From: Haplodiscus bocki
Lineage: Eukaryota
NCBI GenBank assembly: GCA_965655095.1
Contig: OZ296657.1
Location: 72,664,001-72,728,000 of the forward strand
Length of the DNA stretch: 64,000 nt
Reading direction: 5' to 3'
Shown in pieces: positions 51,006-64,000 of this stretch. Under the pieces are notes generated by a model, which was given only the letters and a program-made list of their open reading frames with translations, did not search any database and had not been told where the DNA came from. Every line of letters begins with the position of its first letter. The first letter of the stretch is position 1. Position numbers and translations under genes: made by a program.

Positions 51006-54000
51006 AAACTTTGGCTAAGTTGCAATGAGCTCTTCATGATGCTCTTGGATTCAAACAAATTAAAGTTAAAAGTTGAGATAGGTTATAGCTAAGTTACTTG
51101 AACCAGGAAATGTGGAGGCTCCCCCACTCTAACCGAGAGTTCTCGGCTGTTTTTCGGCGTAACGATGTTCAATTCTAATTGGCTGACAAGGTTTCTGGTT
51201 TTTTTTTAGATTGATTGTGATTGGCTGCCGACAAATTTACGGTTTTGGGTTAAGTTCGACTGTGTTCGGCGCCGTATTGAGACTGTATGTTAATGTCTCA
51301 GTATAAGGTATGGAGTTTTATTATGTACAAAGATATGGAGTTCAGTATAATGACTCAGTTTTGGCAACGTGAGACTTTTTCGAAAAAAAACTTTTTGAAA
51401 ATTTTCTCGGGTACCCAACGCCTGGACTAAACATCATGCAGCTTGCAGACAAAGTGCAATGCCGTCGTTCAATTTTTACGTCTGCAGAAGTTCAGTAGCT
51501 TTGTTAATAAATTTTTGCTACGTATAATTATCAAATTTTGACTAGAGGTACAACTTTGGGTGTTCTCCTTCGTTTGCCCAACACATTATTGTACTACAAA
51601 AGTAATATGACAGGCAAGGTTTATTGATACTGTATAAGTTTGGGTTCCTAGTTTATTTATTGTGAAAAGAAGGAGTCTTCTGTCGAACTCCTTGAATAAA
51701 ATACTTTACAGTAAAATAAATATGGTTTTCTCGAAGGAAAAATCATAATGTTCACCGTTGTCACTATTGCTGCGACGTTCAAGTAACACCCGTGATTCTT
51801 GAACTGACATGGAACAACCAAAAAACATCTTATGCCAAAAATAGCGTAAGTTTGAATTGTGATGAAAAATGTCCTTGGTGAGCAAAAAAGTAATTGATTT
51901 AGTGTGACAGATTTTTTAAAACAAACGTTTCGGCCATGAGGTTGACAAAAAAATTTCTAAACATCCTAATGGTTTTTGTCCTTTTAATCTCTGTTACGTG
52001 ATTTATCAAATAAATATGGGAATTGTTTGTAGTTGCTCCTGATTGAGTAATTGCGCAGAGACACCTCTGCGTTACAGCATAACAATTAAACAGTAGTTTA
52101 GCGGCGAAGTATCTGTATAATGACGAAGACGTTTGAATGCACACCATTCAGCAACTGACCGTGAAATACTGTACGACACTGCTACCTTTTGGTGATTTCT
52201 GACAGAAAAAGTATGTTTGCAGGCTTTTGTTTGGGTTTTTTGCCCCAACCGTGGAACTTTCAGCCAGGCGAGCATACAAAAGTTTAAATATGGGGGTTGT
52301 TTCATAAAATTCCAAGAACTTAAATCCACAGTAGCTAATTTTCTACTCCGGTTGAGTTTTTCCGTCGAGCTGTTGTGTGATACGGCTGCTCTTGAAATGT
52401 GCCTCAAAAAATATCGACGGTACAAGTTTTCAATTGGTGAGAGAATTAACGTGGAAAAAGTCATAGAAAAGAAACTGTGGGAAAATTAAATGTATTTTGA
52501 TTGGTGCTTTGCAACATTTCCAAAAACAATTTCTCACCTGCGGCAGAGTTGAGCCAGCATGAAAAAATGCTAGCAGTAGACGTTGCCAGAGACTGAGATA
52601 ACAAGAAACACTTAGATGCTGACTTTTTGAAAGAGAAAGAAAAGCATGTAGTAACAGAAAGAGCTCTATCCATTAGCTAGTGAAATTAAATTCTGTGGCT
52701 TCATCGCTTTAAAAATGTTGTTATCTGTAAGTACGTTGATATTTCATTTCTAAAATTTACAAAACCCCCTTCAAAGTCACCAAATCTATCCAAAAGCAAA
52801 CAACCACTCTCCAAAAAAAACAGTCTGATTCTTACCTTTAATAATGTTTGGGATGCGATGCAGCATCTCTGTTGGCCTTCTCTTCAAAAATTTGTCTTTT
52901 TTATTGTTGAATTCATCTGATTTTTGAATTGTTTTCTCACTTTTTTTCAGCAACAACTGGCATCTGTTCAATTCTTTTGAAGTGTTATTTAAAGTCTGCA
53001 GCTCTCTCTGAAAAGTTCGTCCTTTCTTTGTACACACAGTCCCGTTGAATCTGAATTTGCGCACAATCTAACAACGTTCCTCAAGCTGATCTGTGAACTC
53101 AGCCTCCTCCAACTTTCCTAAGATTTTTCTCATACCATTTTTTTCAATGATTAGTGTATAACATTGAATTTTGTGTTGAGAAAGAAATATTACACTATGA
53201 TTTCCAGAGCAAAAAATCCAAAGACTAGATTTTTCTCCTGATGATCTGCAGAGTTGCACGAACAGTTTGTGAATGGTTTGGTTAGAAGGCGGGCTTTAGT
53301 TGTAGTAGAACGGCAGCCATCGTTGTTGCATCAATGTTGTCTATTCAAGTATATCTCGAACAAAAGATGACTTAGCATTAATACACTCAAACGCCTTTTT
53401 ACTTGGTGTACATATATAGATAAAATAAAGAGTCTTCTAAACTTAACGGGAATTTTGTTGACGAATCAGATTGAAAGAATTTTAGGCTGGTTCACGAGCA
53501 CCAGATATGGGAAACGTTTCTACAAACGGTTGGTAGCCAGAAAGGATTTTTACAGAGAGAACAGTTCGTGGAGTGACAACGTTGCTGACTCTTATTCAGG
53601 AACTTCAATTTTCACCAATACTAGAAAACTGATTCCTGGATGGATGAAAACCGAGGCCTCTACCGATACACCAGTTTCCAAACAATTTTAATGGTCTTTC
53701 GTTATCCTGGTTTACGGAAGCTTCCAACCACCGAATAACAAGCACATTAGCAAAGGTGGTTACCAGCTGGAGACCTGAACTTTCGAAAAAATCTAGAAAA
53801 TTTAGAGTTTTTCTCAGATATATCCAGATAATTCTTGAAAAAGAAGGAGGAAAACAATCCATTTTGGGGGATTTTATTCAGAAATTATATCATTTATCGC
53901 TGTACATGGTCCAATTTGAAAGTCTTTTCCTGTATCGCACTCTGTTCTTCTGCTTTGTTTCTGCACAACTGTCTTCACAAGTTACTTTGCTGTTTTGACT

Positions 54001-54478
54001 GAGAGAAGGGATTCATTTAAATAGTGATTTCAACATTAACAAGAGTGAAACAGAAAGATTGCAGTAACTTGACTGTAGTAATGCGGAAGAAATAATAGCG
54101 GAATTTTTTTAGCAAGTGAAACGCATAATTTTGAACGAAATCTGGGGATACTGTAGCAGGAACGACAGTATTACATGACCAAAAAAGGAACAGCTGACAG
54201 CTGATTCACGTAACCGTCAAAAGAAAAGTTGATTCACATAACCATAAAAAGAGCCGCTAATCAGTTATTCCTTTCTTCAAAGTCGACAATTGATTGAAAA
54301 AGAAATTGACTGGAAAAACAATTCATGATATCAAGCAGAGACATTTTGCCCAACGAAGTAAATCAAGCCGAGCAATTTCCTCTCATATGATGACAAACTG
54401 TCGGAGAAAATCAGTCAAGTAGATTAGTTTCCTCTGATAACGAGACGACTTGTCTGCAACAATCAATCAAGAAAATTG

Positions 54479-54780
54479 TTCAGAAACTGATTCATTTAGT
54501 GCTGTTCAGCGTGACAAATATGCCTCTCTTCCCGTTTTGCACTCTATTTTTCTTTGTTGTTTCTGTACCAATGTCCTCACAACTAACTTGAGAGAAATAA
54601 AAAAAATAAAGAGAGTCCAATCAAGGAGTTTGTTCAGAAATTGATTCATTTAGTGCTGTTCAACGTCACAAATGTGCCTGTTGTCCTGTTTGGCACGCTA
54701 ATCTTCTGAGTTGTTTCTGCACCAAAATCCTCGCAACTAACTTTTTCGATATGATTGAAGGAACGGATTCCAAAGGAAAG
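54479..54780 (+). repeat. 154-bp tandem duplication, mirrored at ~62770-63120
   Basis: ttcagaaa.tgattcatttagtgctgttca at 54479 and 54633. Confidence 0.8.
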
Positions 54781-57234
54781 TGTTTTCAACAATGATCAGG
54801 AGGAAACGATAAGATCGTAGCAATTTGACTGATGTAATGTGAGAAAATAGTGGCGAGGTTTAATTAGCACGTAGTAGTTATTACTTTCCATCTACTTAGG
54901 AGAGACTGTAACAGGAAAAACCATTGAACGAAAGACTTTTGTACAAAACCAAACAAAACATTGTTTCACATAACCAAAAAAAGAGCTGCTAATCCTTTGA
55001 TTTCCCCTCATAGTCGACATATGGTTTTTGAAAAACACTTATTGATAAAACATTTTATGTTCTCCAGCAGAGACTTTTTGCTCTAAGAAAGTAATCGAAC
55101 AGGGCAAGTTGCCCTCATAGCATGACAAGCTGTCGGAGAAATTCAATCAGGTTGAATAATTTCCTTTGGTAGGGAGACACTTTGACTGTGACTATTAAGC
55201 GAGTGGAAGAAACTTCCCTGACAATGACACATATTGTCTGATTATGGTCGTCAAATTGAACAAAATTCTTTTGAATATGCGTTGAGTACTTCCGTGTCAA
55301 TTATCGATCAAATACGTGAAAAGAAAGCAAAGTAAAATTTGCACATTGATTGTAGTGTGCAAGTTAAAAGCAGTCGAACGACAACATGCACGACATTTAT
55401 CACCAGCGAAGAAGTCCCGTTGTCCGGAGTTTTTCAACTCTAAACTGCAGCTTCATATTTTTTTAACCGACGAGAAACATTTATATCTCTTTGTTTTAAA
55501 AACAAGCAAGGCATGTGTTGCCATCACTTAAAGTCGAAATACCTAACCCACAATCACTGCAGGTGACGGGGTGTTGTAAACAACTGATTTTGAAACGCAA
55601 AATTATGTCAATTCTGGCACTAAAACCCCACCAAAGGAAAGACTAACTTTCATTGGAAATAAGTCCTGTTTTTGACAGAAAAGGAAAGATATTCCTTATA
55701 AAAAGACTCATTGCGTAACTGACAAGGAAAGGGTCGATTTTTTATGGAAGATAGGTATCACTTGGTTGAAACTGTATGCAAGCGGCAAGCCGTTGTTCAG
55801 AAGAACATTTGTATAAAAATTGTTCCCCAAGAACAACAACTAGTCTCTTCTGGCCACCATTTAACACAACCGCTGGTGACTTTTGTCATCAAAATTTTTT
55901 AACGGTGAGAACTACTTGCTCAATCATCGGTAGGAAGTACAGTTTCTTCCCTTTGCAAGAAGCTATGGAAAACTACAACAAAACCAAAAAACCTCTTAAT
56001 GATCCTTCAAAACTGGCGTTTGATTCTACTTGGTTGCGGGAAGTCGAGTTTTTTGCAATTTTGGTAAAAAAAAACTCAGGAAGACAGTTTCACTCGATGA
56101 TATGGTGCACTTCATTGATGACGAGATCATCGAGACCTATGTAGATTTTATTTCTGGTATTACCTCCTAACCTGAAGCCCTTACAAAAATCAACTGTATC
56201 AACCGGGATCGGAAAATTGTTTGCAGACCCTGTGAAAACCCACTGAACCCCATGTAACGATCAACCTACCTGTTCGATCGATGTCAAGCATACCTCTATC
56301 AATTTTATGGGCTCCTGCAATTTATGAGAGATGGATCCAGCAGCTCATCTATCACTCAACCACCTTCCCGATAGGGAACCTATGACCATGCATTTAACTC
56401 AAACATCAACTCATCAACTTAAAACAAACTTATCTACGGTTTTATCTTCATTACGGTCGATGGACAGTGAAAGGAAGGCGTTGCGCGTCAGCTTTCTATT
56501 CTTTCAAAGCAATCATTTACCTGACGGTCGGGTGAACGAAACAGTTGCTACAGTTGAAGTTTTGATATTTTTGATAGGAATCCCTGATCAATGTATGGAG
56601 TGCCTTCCTTTGTGCCGAACTGTAATTGTAACTAGGAGTAATTTTTGTTTTAGTTGTTTCATTTCTATCATTTGCTTGTTCAGTGTTTTTTTGCGTTTTT
56701 TCGAAGTTCACTTTTTGAACCAAACTTTTGATGAAGTTGACGAAGAACGAAAACTTGATCAACAAGCAAAGTGTGAACTAACGCTCCCATAAGCACCCGA
56801 GTTCACAGCCTAGACCCAATTTTTTGCAAATGTTCATCCTGCACTACTACATAGATGCACACCCTGTTCAACATTCAGTGACTAAAACCTACTTCGAAAC
56901 TTGAACAGGTCGTTTCTATGTCCTATAAAATAACATAACACCTAAAGGAGTCATTAAAGTTGGACTCTCCATATCCGTAGTTGGCAAAGCCTACAGTCTC
57001 TATTGAAACAATTGCGAAAACCAATCCCTGTCTAAGTATTATGATGAACACACTTAGTTCGTATTAGCTCCCTTAAAATGTCTTGATAAGTTGATTGCTT
57101 ATGCCAAAACCGAACTCTACCCTAAACATTCATTTGACCATCGGAAGCCACACCATAGTTTAAGACATTGCCGAAATGTAACTTATTTTGATAGCTGGGT
57201 GAAAACATGAAGAATTGCAGAAGAAGTGGATGGA

Positions 57235-57335
57235 AAATCTGACACGTTGTAAAAACGTTGGTTCAAAATCTGACGCTTTGTAAAAAAAATTTATTCAAGA
57301 TCTGACAGGTTTTAAAAGAACTGGTTCAAGCTGAT
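57235..57335 (+). repeat. ~31-bp tandem units (AAATCTGAC...GGTTC), mirrored at 60290-60385
   Basis: Three copies of aaatctgac-----gtaaaa---ggttc in each arm, with more degenerate copies out to ~57620. Confidence 0.7.
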
Positions 57336-58529
57336 TTGGTTTTTTCACAAAAAGGTTTTGCTTCAGAATCTTGCTTTTGAATATGTCGCTTCTCTGGACT
57401 AAATGGAGTCAATATGGTGTCTTTTGAATGCTATATTTTCTTCGCAATCTGTCTTTTTTATCAAAAGAAGATGATCCAAAAACAGACGCCTTTTAATACT
57501 TTCAAGTCGAAACCTGACGCGTTGCTATTAAAACTGATTCCAAAACTGTAACGTTATAAACTTTTTGTCTGAAAATCTGAAAAATTTTTAAAGTTTTCCA
57601 CCCAGGATTTGACACATAGGAAAATTTCATAATCGTTTTCTTTCACTTGCTCGCTCTTATACTGGCTGAACGATCAGTTCTGTTGGCAACATTAGAAACA
57701 CTTTGTTGCAGAGAGCCGAAGCCAGAGACACTGTCTGTCATAGATTCCATCGCCACAAGTTCAAACAAAAATTGGAAGGCAATTCCATTACAATATCAGT
57801 TGGGAAGAACACCACTATGATGATTGATATTTTTCACGAAGCCTCTGGTCAAAACTCTCTGGAGCATAAAACCCGACAGATCAATGGTATTTCTCAAGAT
57901 AAAGCTGTTTGAAAGACAAAAAGAAAAATTTTGGTTGAAATTCCGTTCATTTTCATCAAAGACATTGTGTGAGCGACAACGAACAATAGAGCGATGGGAA
58001 GAAACTGACGCCTACACAGAATCAACACGTTACCTAGATTGGGTGCTGGACGTCACCCAACACAGTCTCGGCACCCAAACAAAGTTGACAATGTTTGCTC
58101 AAAAAGTTTTATTCAAGGCTAAATTGAGCCAAAACCTACCGTTGGTAGCCGAAAACATCCCGAACTCTTAACCCATCATCATACAAGGTCGAAGTACAAT
58201 TTACCGCAATGGACAGGTGTAGACACTTCGCAGATCCACGGCTATATGACAGGTTTTGTTTCTCAGGTCGGACAGACTTTGCACTCTATCCTAATACTTT
58301 GCCGAGCGCAGTCTGATTGGATGGTTGATCGTAATACTTTGGCAGCTGAACGCACTAGGTCTCTCACCAAAGCCAACCGATAACTCAAGTCAAGGACTCG
58401 GGTCCTCCAAACCCACACCGTACATTGCAGAATTGTGCAGCGTCTAAATACTTTGCCGAAGAAGAATACCAAAAATTAACACATTGTCGAAGTGTATTTT
58501 ATCCTAATACAATGCCCATTTTTACAAAA

Positions 58530-59201
58530 CTTTGGAAATTTGCGACGTTCACCCTTTTTCACTACTCTAGGCAAATTTACCCTATCTTATTACATTGCTG
58601 GTGTGGAGCCTTTGATAACACATTGCTGAAGCATATCTAATCTTGACATTTTGCTGACGTTTACCCTAAAATGATAGTTTGTATTTTAGGTAATTTCATA
58701 GACTATACTTGCAAAAACTATCAAATTAGGGTAAACGTCAGAAATATATCAATGTTGGATATACTTTGGCAATGAATTATCATAGGGTAGGCACCAGCAC
58801 TGTATAAAGAAAGGGTATACTCCAGCGAAGCCTTAAAATAGGGTAAATGTCTTCTCTGCACTAAGATAGGGAACACTTCGAAAATGTTTCAAGAAAATGT
58901 AGACATGAGCAAAAGGACAAAGTAAGTTAAATGTCGGCAATGTGTTAAGAAATTGTAAAATTCGGCAATGTACTAACATAGGGAACACCGCGACAACGTA
59001 TCAAGAAAATGGACACTTTCACAAAGTTTTAAGATAGCGTATAGTTCACTAATGTATTTCGGTAGAATAAAGAATGGCAATATGTCGAAATTGGATATAC
59101 CTCAACAATGTGTTATCATAGGGTACACACCAGCAATGTAAGAAGATAGGGTATACCTGCATAAAACACTGAAAAAGGGTAAACGTCGGAAAATCCCGAA
59201 A
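58530..59201. repeat. Two divergent arrays of a degenerate 28-bp unit
   Basis: Core ATAGGGTAWAC starts at 58726, 58782, 58810, 58838, 58866, 58978, 59034, 59118, 59146 and 59174 on +, and at 58669, 58613, 58585 and 58557 on -; all spaced by multiples of 28. Confidence 0.88.
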
Positions 59202-62200
59202 GTTTGTAATAGTGGGCATTGTATTAGGATGAAAACTAATTCGACAATGTGTTAAAATAGGGTGTTCTTCTTCGCAAAGTATTCAGAGGCTGCATAATTC
59301 TGCAATGTACTGTGTGGGTTTGGAGGACCCGAATCCTTGACTTGAGATATCGGTCGGCTTTGGGGAGAGACCTAGTGCGTTCAGCTGCCAAAGTATTATG
59401 ATCAACCATCCGATCAGACTGCGCTCGGCAAAGTTTTAGGTTAGAGTGTAGAGTCTGTCCGATCATGGAAAAAAACCTGTTGTGTAGCCTTGAATCTGAG
59501 TAGTGTACACACGTGTTCATTACAGTAAGTTGTTTTTCGACCTTGTATGATGATGGGTTATGGAATTGGGAATTTTTAATCCAGCAAAGGTATATTTTGG
59601 GTGGAACATGGCTTGAAAATTGCTTCTTGGTAAAAACAATTTTGTTGTAGGGCCGAGACTGTGGTGGGTGACTTCTAGCACCCAATCTGAATAACCTTTT
59701 TCATTTCCTTTTTCGAACAAGTATATCTGGACGAATACTGTTGTTCTGCTGGATTTTAGGCTCCACGAATTTCTGTCCACAGTTTTCGTGAAAAATGTCA
59801 AGCGTCGTAACGCTGTTCCTTCCAGATTGATAGTGTAATGAATGTGTGTTCCAATGTTTGGTTGTACATTTGGCGATCGAATCTAGAACAGGCAGTGTCT
59901 TTTAGTTCTGCTCTATGCAACGAGGTAATTGTTTTGTTGCAAACAGAACTGATCGTTCAGCCAGAGCATGAAGGAAGAATTGAAAAAAAAAGGTTTTGGA
60001 TTTTTTTACGTGTGAGTTCACCAATGAAAAATTTTAAAACTTTCGAACTTCGATATGAAATGTTCAGAACGTTACAGAGTTCGAATCGATTTTTACAACG
60101 CGTCAGTTTCCGAACTGAAAGTACTACAACGCGTCTGTTCTTGGATCAGTTTTTTTTTGTTGAAAAAATAAATTACGAAGAAAAACTAGCATTCAGAAGA
60201 ACAAATTTGACTCCATTTAGTCCATGAAAACGACATTTTTGAAAGGAAGTTTCTGAAGCAAAACCTTTTTCGATTAAATCAAATCAACTTGAACCATTTG
60301 TTTGAAAACTTGTCAGATCTTGAACACACTTGTTTACAAAGCGTCAGATTTTGAACCAATGTTTTTACAACGTGCCAGATTTTGCATCCACTTCTTCTGC
60401 AATTTTTCATGTTTTCACCCAGCTATCAAAATAAGTTACATTTCGGCAATGTCTTAAACTATGGTGTGACTTCCGATGGTCAAATGAATGTTTAGGGTAG
60501 AGTTCGGTTTTGGCATAAGCAATCAACTTATCAAGACAATTATGGGAGCTAATACGAACTAAGTGTGTTCATCATAATACTTAGACAGGGATTGGTTTTC
60601 GCAATTGTTTCAATAGAGACTGTAGGCTTTGCCAAGTACGGATAAGAAGAGTCCAACTTTAATCACTCCTTTAGGTGTTATTTTATTTTATAGGACATAG
60701 AAACGACCTGTTCAAGTTCCGAAGTAGGTTATAGTCACTGAATGTTGAACAGAGTGTGCATCTATGTAGTAGTGCAGGATGAACAATTGCAACAAATTGG
60801 GTCTAGGCTGCGGACTCGGGTGCTTATGGGAGCGTTACTTCACATTTTGCTCGTTGATCAAGTTTTCGTTCTTCTTCAACTTCATCAAAAACTCGGTTTG
60901 GAAAGTGAACTTCAAAAAAACACAAAAAAACACTAAACAAGCAAATGATAGAAATGAAACAACTAAAACAAACAAAACTACTCCTAATTACGATTACAGT
61001 TTGGCACAGACGGAGGCACTCCATACATTGATCAGGGATTCCAATAAAATATCAAAACTTCAACTGTAGCAACTGTTTCGTTCGTCCGACCGTCAAGTAA
61101 ATGACTGCTTTGAAAGAAAAGAAAGCTGACGCGCAACGCCTTCCTTTCACTGTCCATCGACCGTAATGAAGAGAAAAACGTAGACAAGTTTGTTTTCAGT
61201 TGATGAGTTGATGTTTGAGTTAAATGCATGGTCATAGGTTCCCTATCGGGAAGGTGGTTGAGTGATAGATGAGCTGCTGGATCCATGTCTCATAAATTGT
61301 AGGAGCCCATAAAATTGATAGAGGTATGCTTGACATCGATCAAACAGGTAGGTTGATCGTTACATGGGGTTCAGTGGGTTTTCACAGGGTCTGCAAACTT
61401 TTTTCCGATCCCGGTTGATACAGTTTTTTTTGTAAGGGCTTCAGGTTAGGAGGTAATACCAGAAATAAAATCTACATAAGTCTCGATGATCTCGTCATCA
61501 ATGAAGTGCACCATATCATCGAGTGAAACTGTCTTCTTGAGTTTTCTTTTACCAAAATTGCAAAAAACTCGACTTCCCGGAGCCAAGTAAAATCAAACGG
61601 CAGTTTTGCCGGATCGTTAAGAGATTTTTTGGTTTTATTGTAGTTTTCCATAGCTTTTTGCAAAAGGAAAAAATTGTAGTTACTACCGATGACTGAGCAA
61701 ATAGTTCTCACAGTAGACAAGTTTTGATGACAACTTCCACCGGCGGTTGGGTATATTGGTAGCCACATGACACTAATTGTAGTTCCTGGGAAACATTTTT
61801 CACAAAAGTTTCTTCAGATTAGCAACTTGCTGCTTTTGTACGCTTTCAGCCAACTTAACTTGTACGGAAACTGCTTCTTTTTCGGTCATTCACACGACAT
61901 ATTTCCAAGTAAAGAAGTCTTTTATTGGAGTCAAGAATTAAAAAGGTTCTGTTTTCTTTTTTCTGTTGATTACAATGCCGCATCATTTTTATTGGTTGGG
62001 GTTGGGAATTTCCGATTTTCAGCAAGAACAACACTGGCATTGCTTTTCTTTAAAATAAGAAAAAACAGAACTAAAATTTTTTTTGCTGCTTGAAAATTGA
62101 ACTTGCAGTTTATTGGTTAAATTCTTCGGTTAAATAGATTTCTTTACTGGTGAAAACTGTCCTGCATGTTGCCGTTCGAATGCTTTTAACCTTCACACTA

Positions 62201-64000
62201 CAATCAAGATGCAATTTTTTATTAATCTTTTATCGGCTTGGATCGGTACTTGACATGGAAGTACTCCCTGCATATTCAAAAGAAATTTATTCAACTTGAC
62301 GGCCATACTCAGACATTATGTCTCATTGTCAGGGAAGTTTCTTCCACTCGATTAATTGTCACGGTCAAATTGTCTCCTTACCAAAGGAAATTAATCCACT
62401 TGAGTGACTTTCTTCGACAGTTTGTCAGCCTATGAGGGTAACTTGCTCTGTTTGATTACTTTCTTAGAGCAAAACGTCTCTGCTTGAGAAGATAAAATGT
62501 TTTTTCAATGAATGTTTTTCAATAACCATATGTCGACTATGAGGGGAAATCAAAGGATTAGCAGCTCTTTTTTTGGTTATGTGAAACAATGTTTTGTTTG
62601 GTTTTGTACAAAAGTCTTTCGTTCAATGGTTTTTCCTGTTACAGTCTCTCCTAAGTAGATGGAAAGTAATAACTACTACGTGCTAATTAAACCTCGCCAC
62701 TATTTTCTCACATTACATCAGTCAAATTGCTACGATCTTATCGTTTCCTCCTGATCATTGTTGAAAACACTTTCCTTTGGAATCCGTTCCTTCAATCATA
62801 TCGAAAAAGTTAGTTGCGAGGATTTTGGTGCAGAAACAACTCAGAAGATTAGCGTGCCAAACAGGACAACAGGCACATTTGTGACGTTGAACAGCACTAA
62901 ATGAATCAATTTCTGAACAAACTCCTTGATTGGACTCTCTTTATTTTTTTTTATTTCTCTCAAGTTAGTTGTGAGGACATTGGTACAGAAACAACAAAGA
63001 AGATTAGCGTACAAAACGGGAAAAGAGCCACATTTGTGACGCTGGACAGCGCTAAATGAATCAATTTCTGAAGAAACTCCCAGATTTGACTCTCTTTATA
63101 TTTTTTATTTCTCTCAATTTAATGTTGTTTCATGACTCTGCACTTTTCTTTAGTAACAGTTAGACATTAGTGAACGAGTTACTCCTTTTAAAAGTTGTAA
63201 TCCGTTCTCGTGCAAATGAATGTCAAATCTTGTCCCTCAATCAACTACTGCGTTGGTAACTTTTGCAGGCTACATTATGACTGTAGATTCTCCTAGTTTG
63301 ATTGGTGAGAACATTGTTAAACTACTGTGATGTTATGTGGTGCGTGTCTAATCTCCTACCTTAAACCTTTTTGGTTCTGTTTTGCATAAGCAAACAGAGT
63401 GTTGTTCATTTAAATGACAAATTTGGCCAATTCTGACAGGAACTCTAAAATTCGGAGACATCGTCCAAAAACTTACATTTTTTGCTTGTTACCATTTTTG
63501 CTTAGGTGTTTCTTAATCGGTGAATGAATGCTTCCGTAAATCAGAGAAACGAAAGACAAGTAAAAAGTTTGGGAAAGTCGTGTTTTGGTAAAGAGCTCAA
63601 TTTTCATCCATCTACGGAGCTGCTTTCGTCTCTTGGAGAAATTTAGGGTTCGTTGAAGAACAGTAACCAATGTACTCACTCCACATACGTATTTATGTTG
63701 ATCATTCCAAGCTACCAAACAAGTATGAAAACCTTTTGTGTATCTGGCAATGGTGGATCAGCTTGAAAATCTTTTTAATCCTGATTGGTCAACAAAAATT
63801 TGCTGAACTTTTTAATTTCTACCCCTATCTGTACATACAGTTTCAAGCAGCTTCTCTGTACTTGCGCCAATTCAATTGTTGCTTGAAAATTTTTTGAGTA
63901 GACAACACTGTTGCAACAACGATGGCTGCTGTTTTGCTGTTTTGTTAAGAGCTAAGACCAAGTTTTTCACAGAAGTCTTCGTTCATATCCGTCGATCACT
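58698..64000 (-). repeat. Right arm of large inverted repeat (runs off window)
   Basis: 62524-63001 is the reverse complement of 54550-55026; 63420-64000 matches 53240-53830 at low identity. Confidence 0.92.

Larger units (their letters stand above)
53240..58697 (+). repeat. Left arm of large inverted repeat
   Basis: Reverse complement of 58698-64000. The ORF pairs 56331+/61286-, 55776+/61768- and 55300-/62238+ are mirror images. Confidence 0.92.

Noticed and set aside
58660-58735. Telomere fusion (CCCTAA and TTAGGG)
   Set aside because: Single hexamers embedded in 28-bp units, in the opposite order to a fusion site.
58530-59201. CRISPR array
   Set aside because: Eukaryotic context, contiguous degenerate units without unique spacers, and no cas genes.
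53240-64000. Fold-back assembly artefact
   Set aside because: The arms differ by many substitutions and indels; an artefact would be near identical throughout. Read support should still be checked.

Overview
Repeat-rich animal genomic DNA with one 200-N assembly gap (34594-34793). The only host gene is a minus-strand G-protein alpha-s gene (GNAS-like). Eight coding exons (16374 down to 5996, 331 codons) splice in frame at GT-AG sites; the last exon was not found and presumably lies left of the window. The rest is mostly decayed mobile DNA: two Polinton/Maverick (adintovirus-like) remnants, CR1-type and other LINE fragments, tRNA-derived SINEs, a truncated Gypsy-type element, and a ~15-kb Gypsy element whose 1.8-kb LTRs contain the start of gag. 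The most striking structure is an inverted repeat of at least 10.7 kb (about 53240 to the window end). Its axis at 58697/58698 is where two divergently oriented 28-bp repeat arrays (6 and 18 units) meet in exact register. Its arms are a mosaic of identical and strongly diverged blocks. All percent identities are by-eye estimates, and the family assignments of decayed elements rest on recognised motifs, not database searches.
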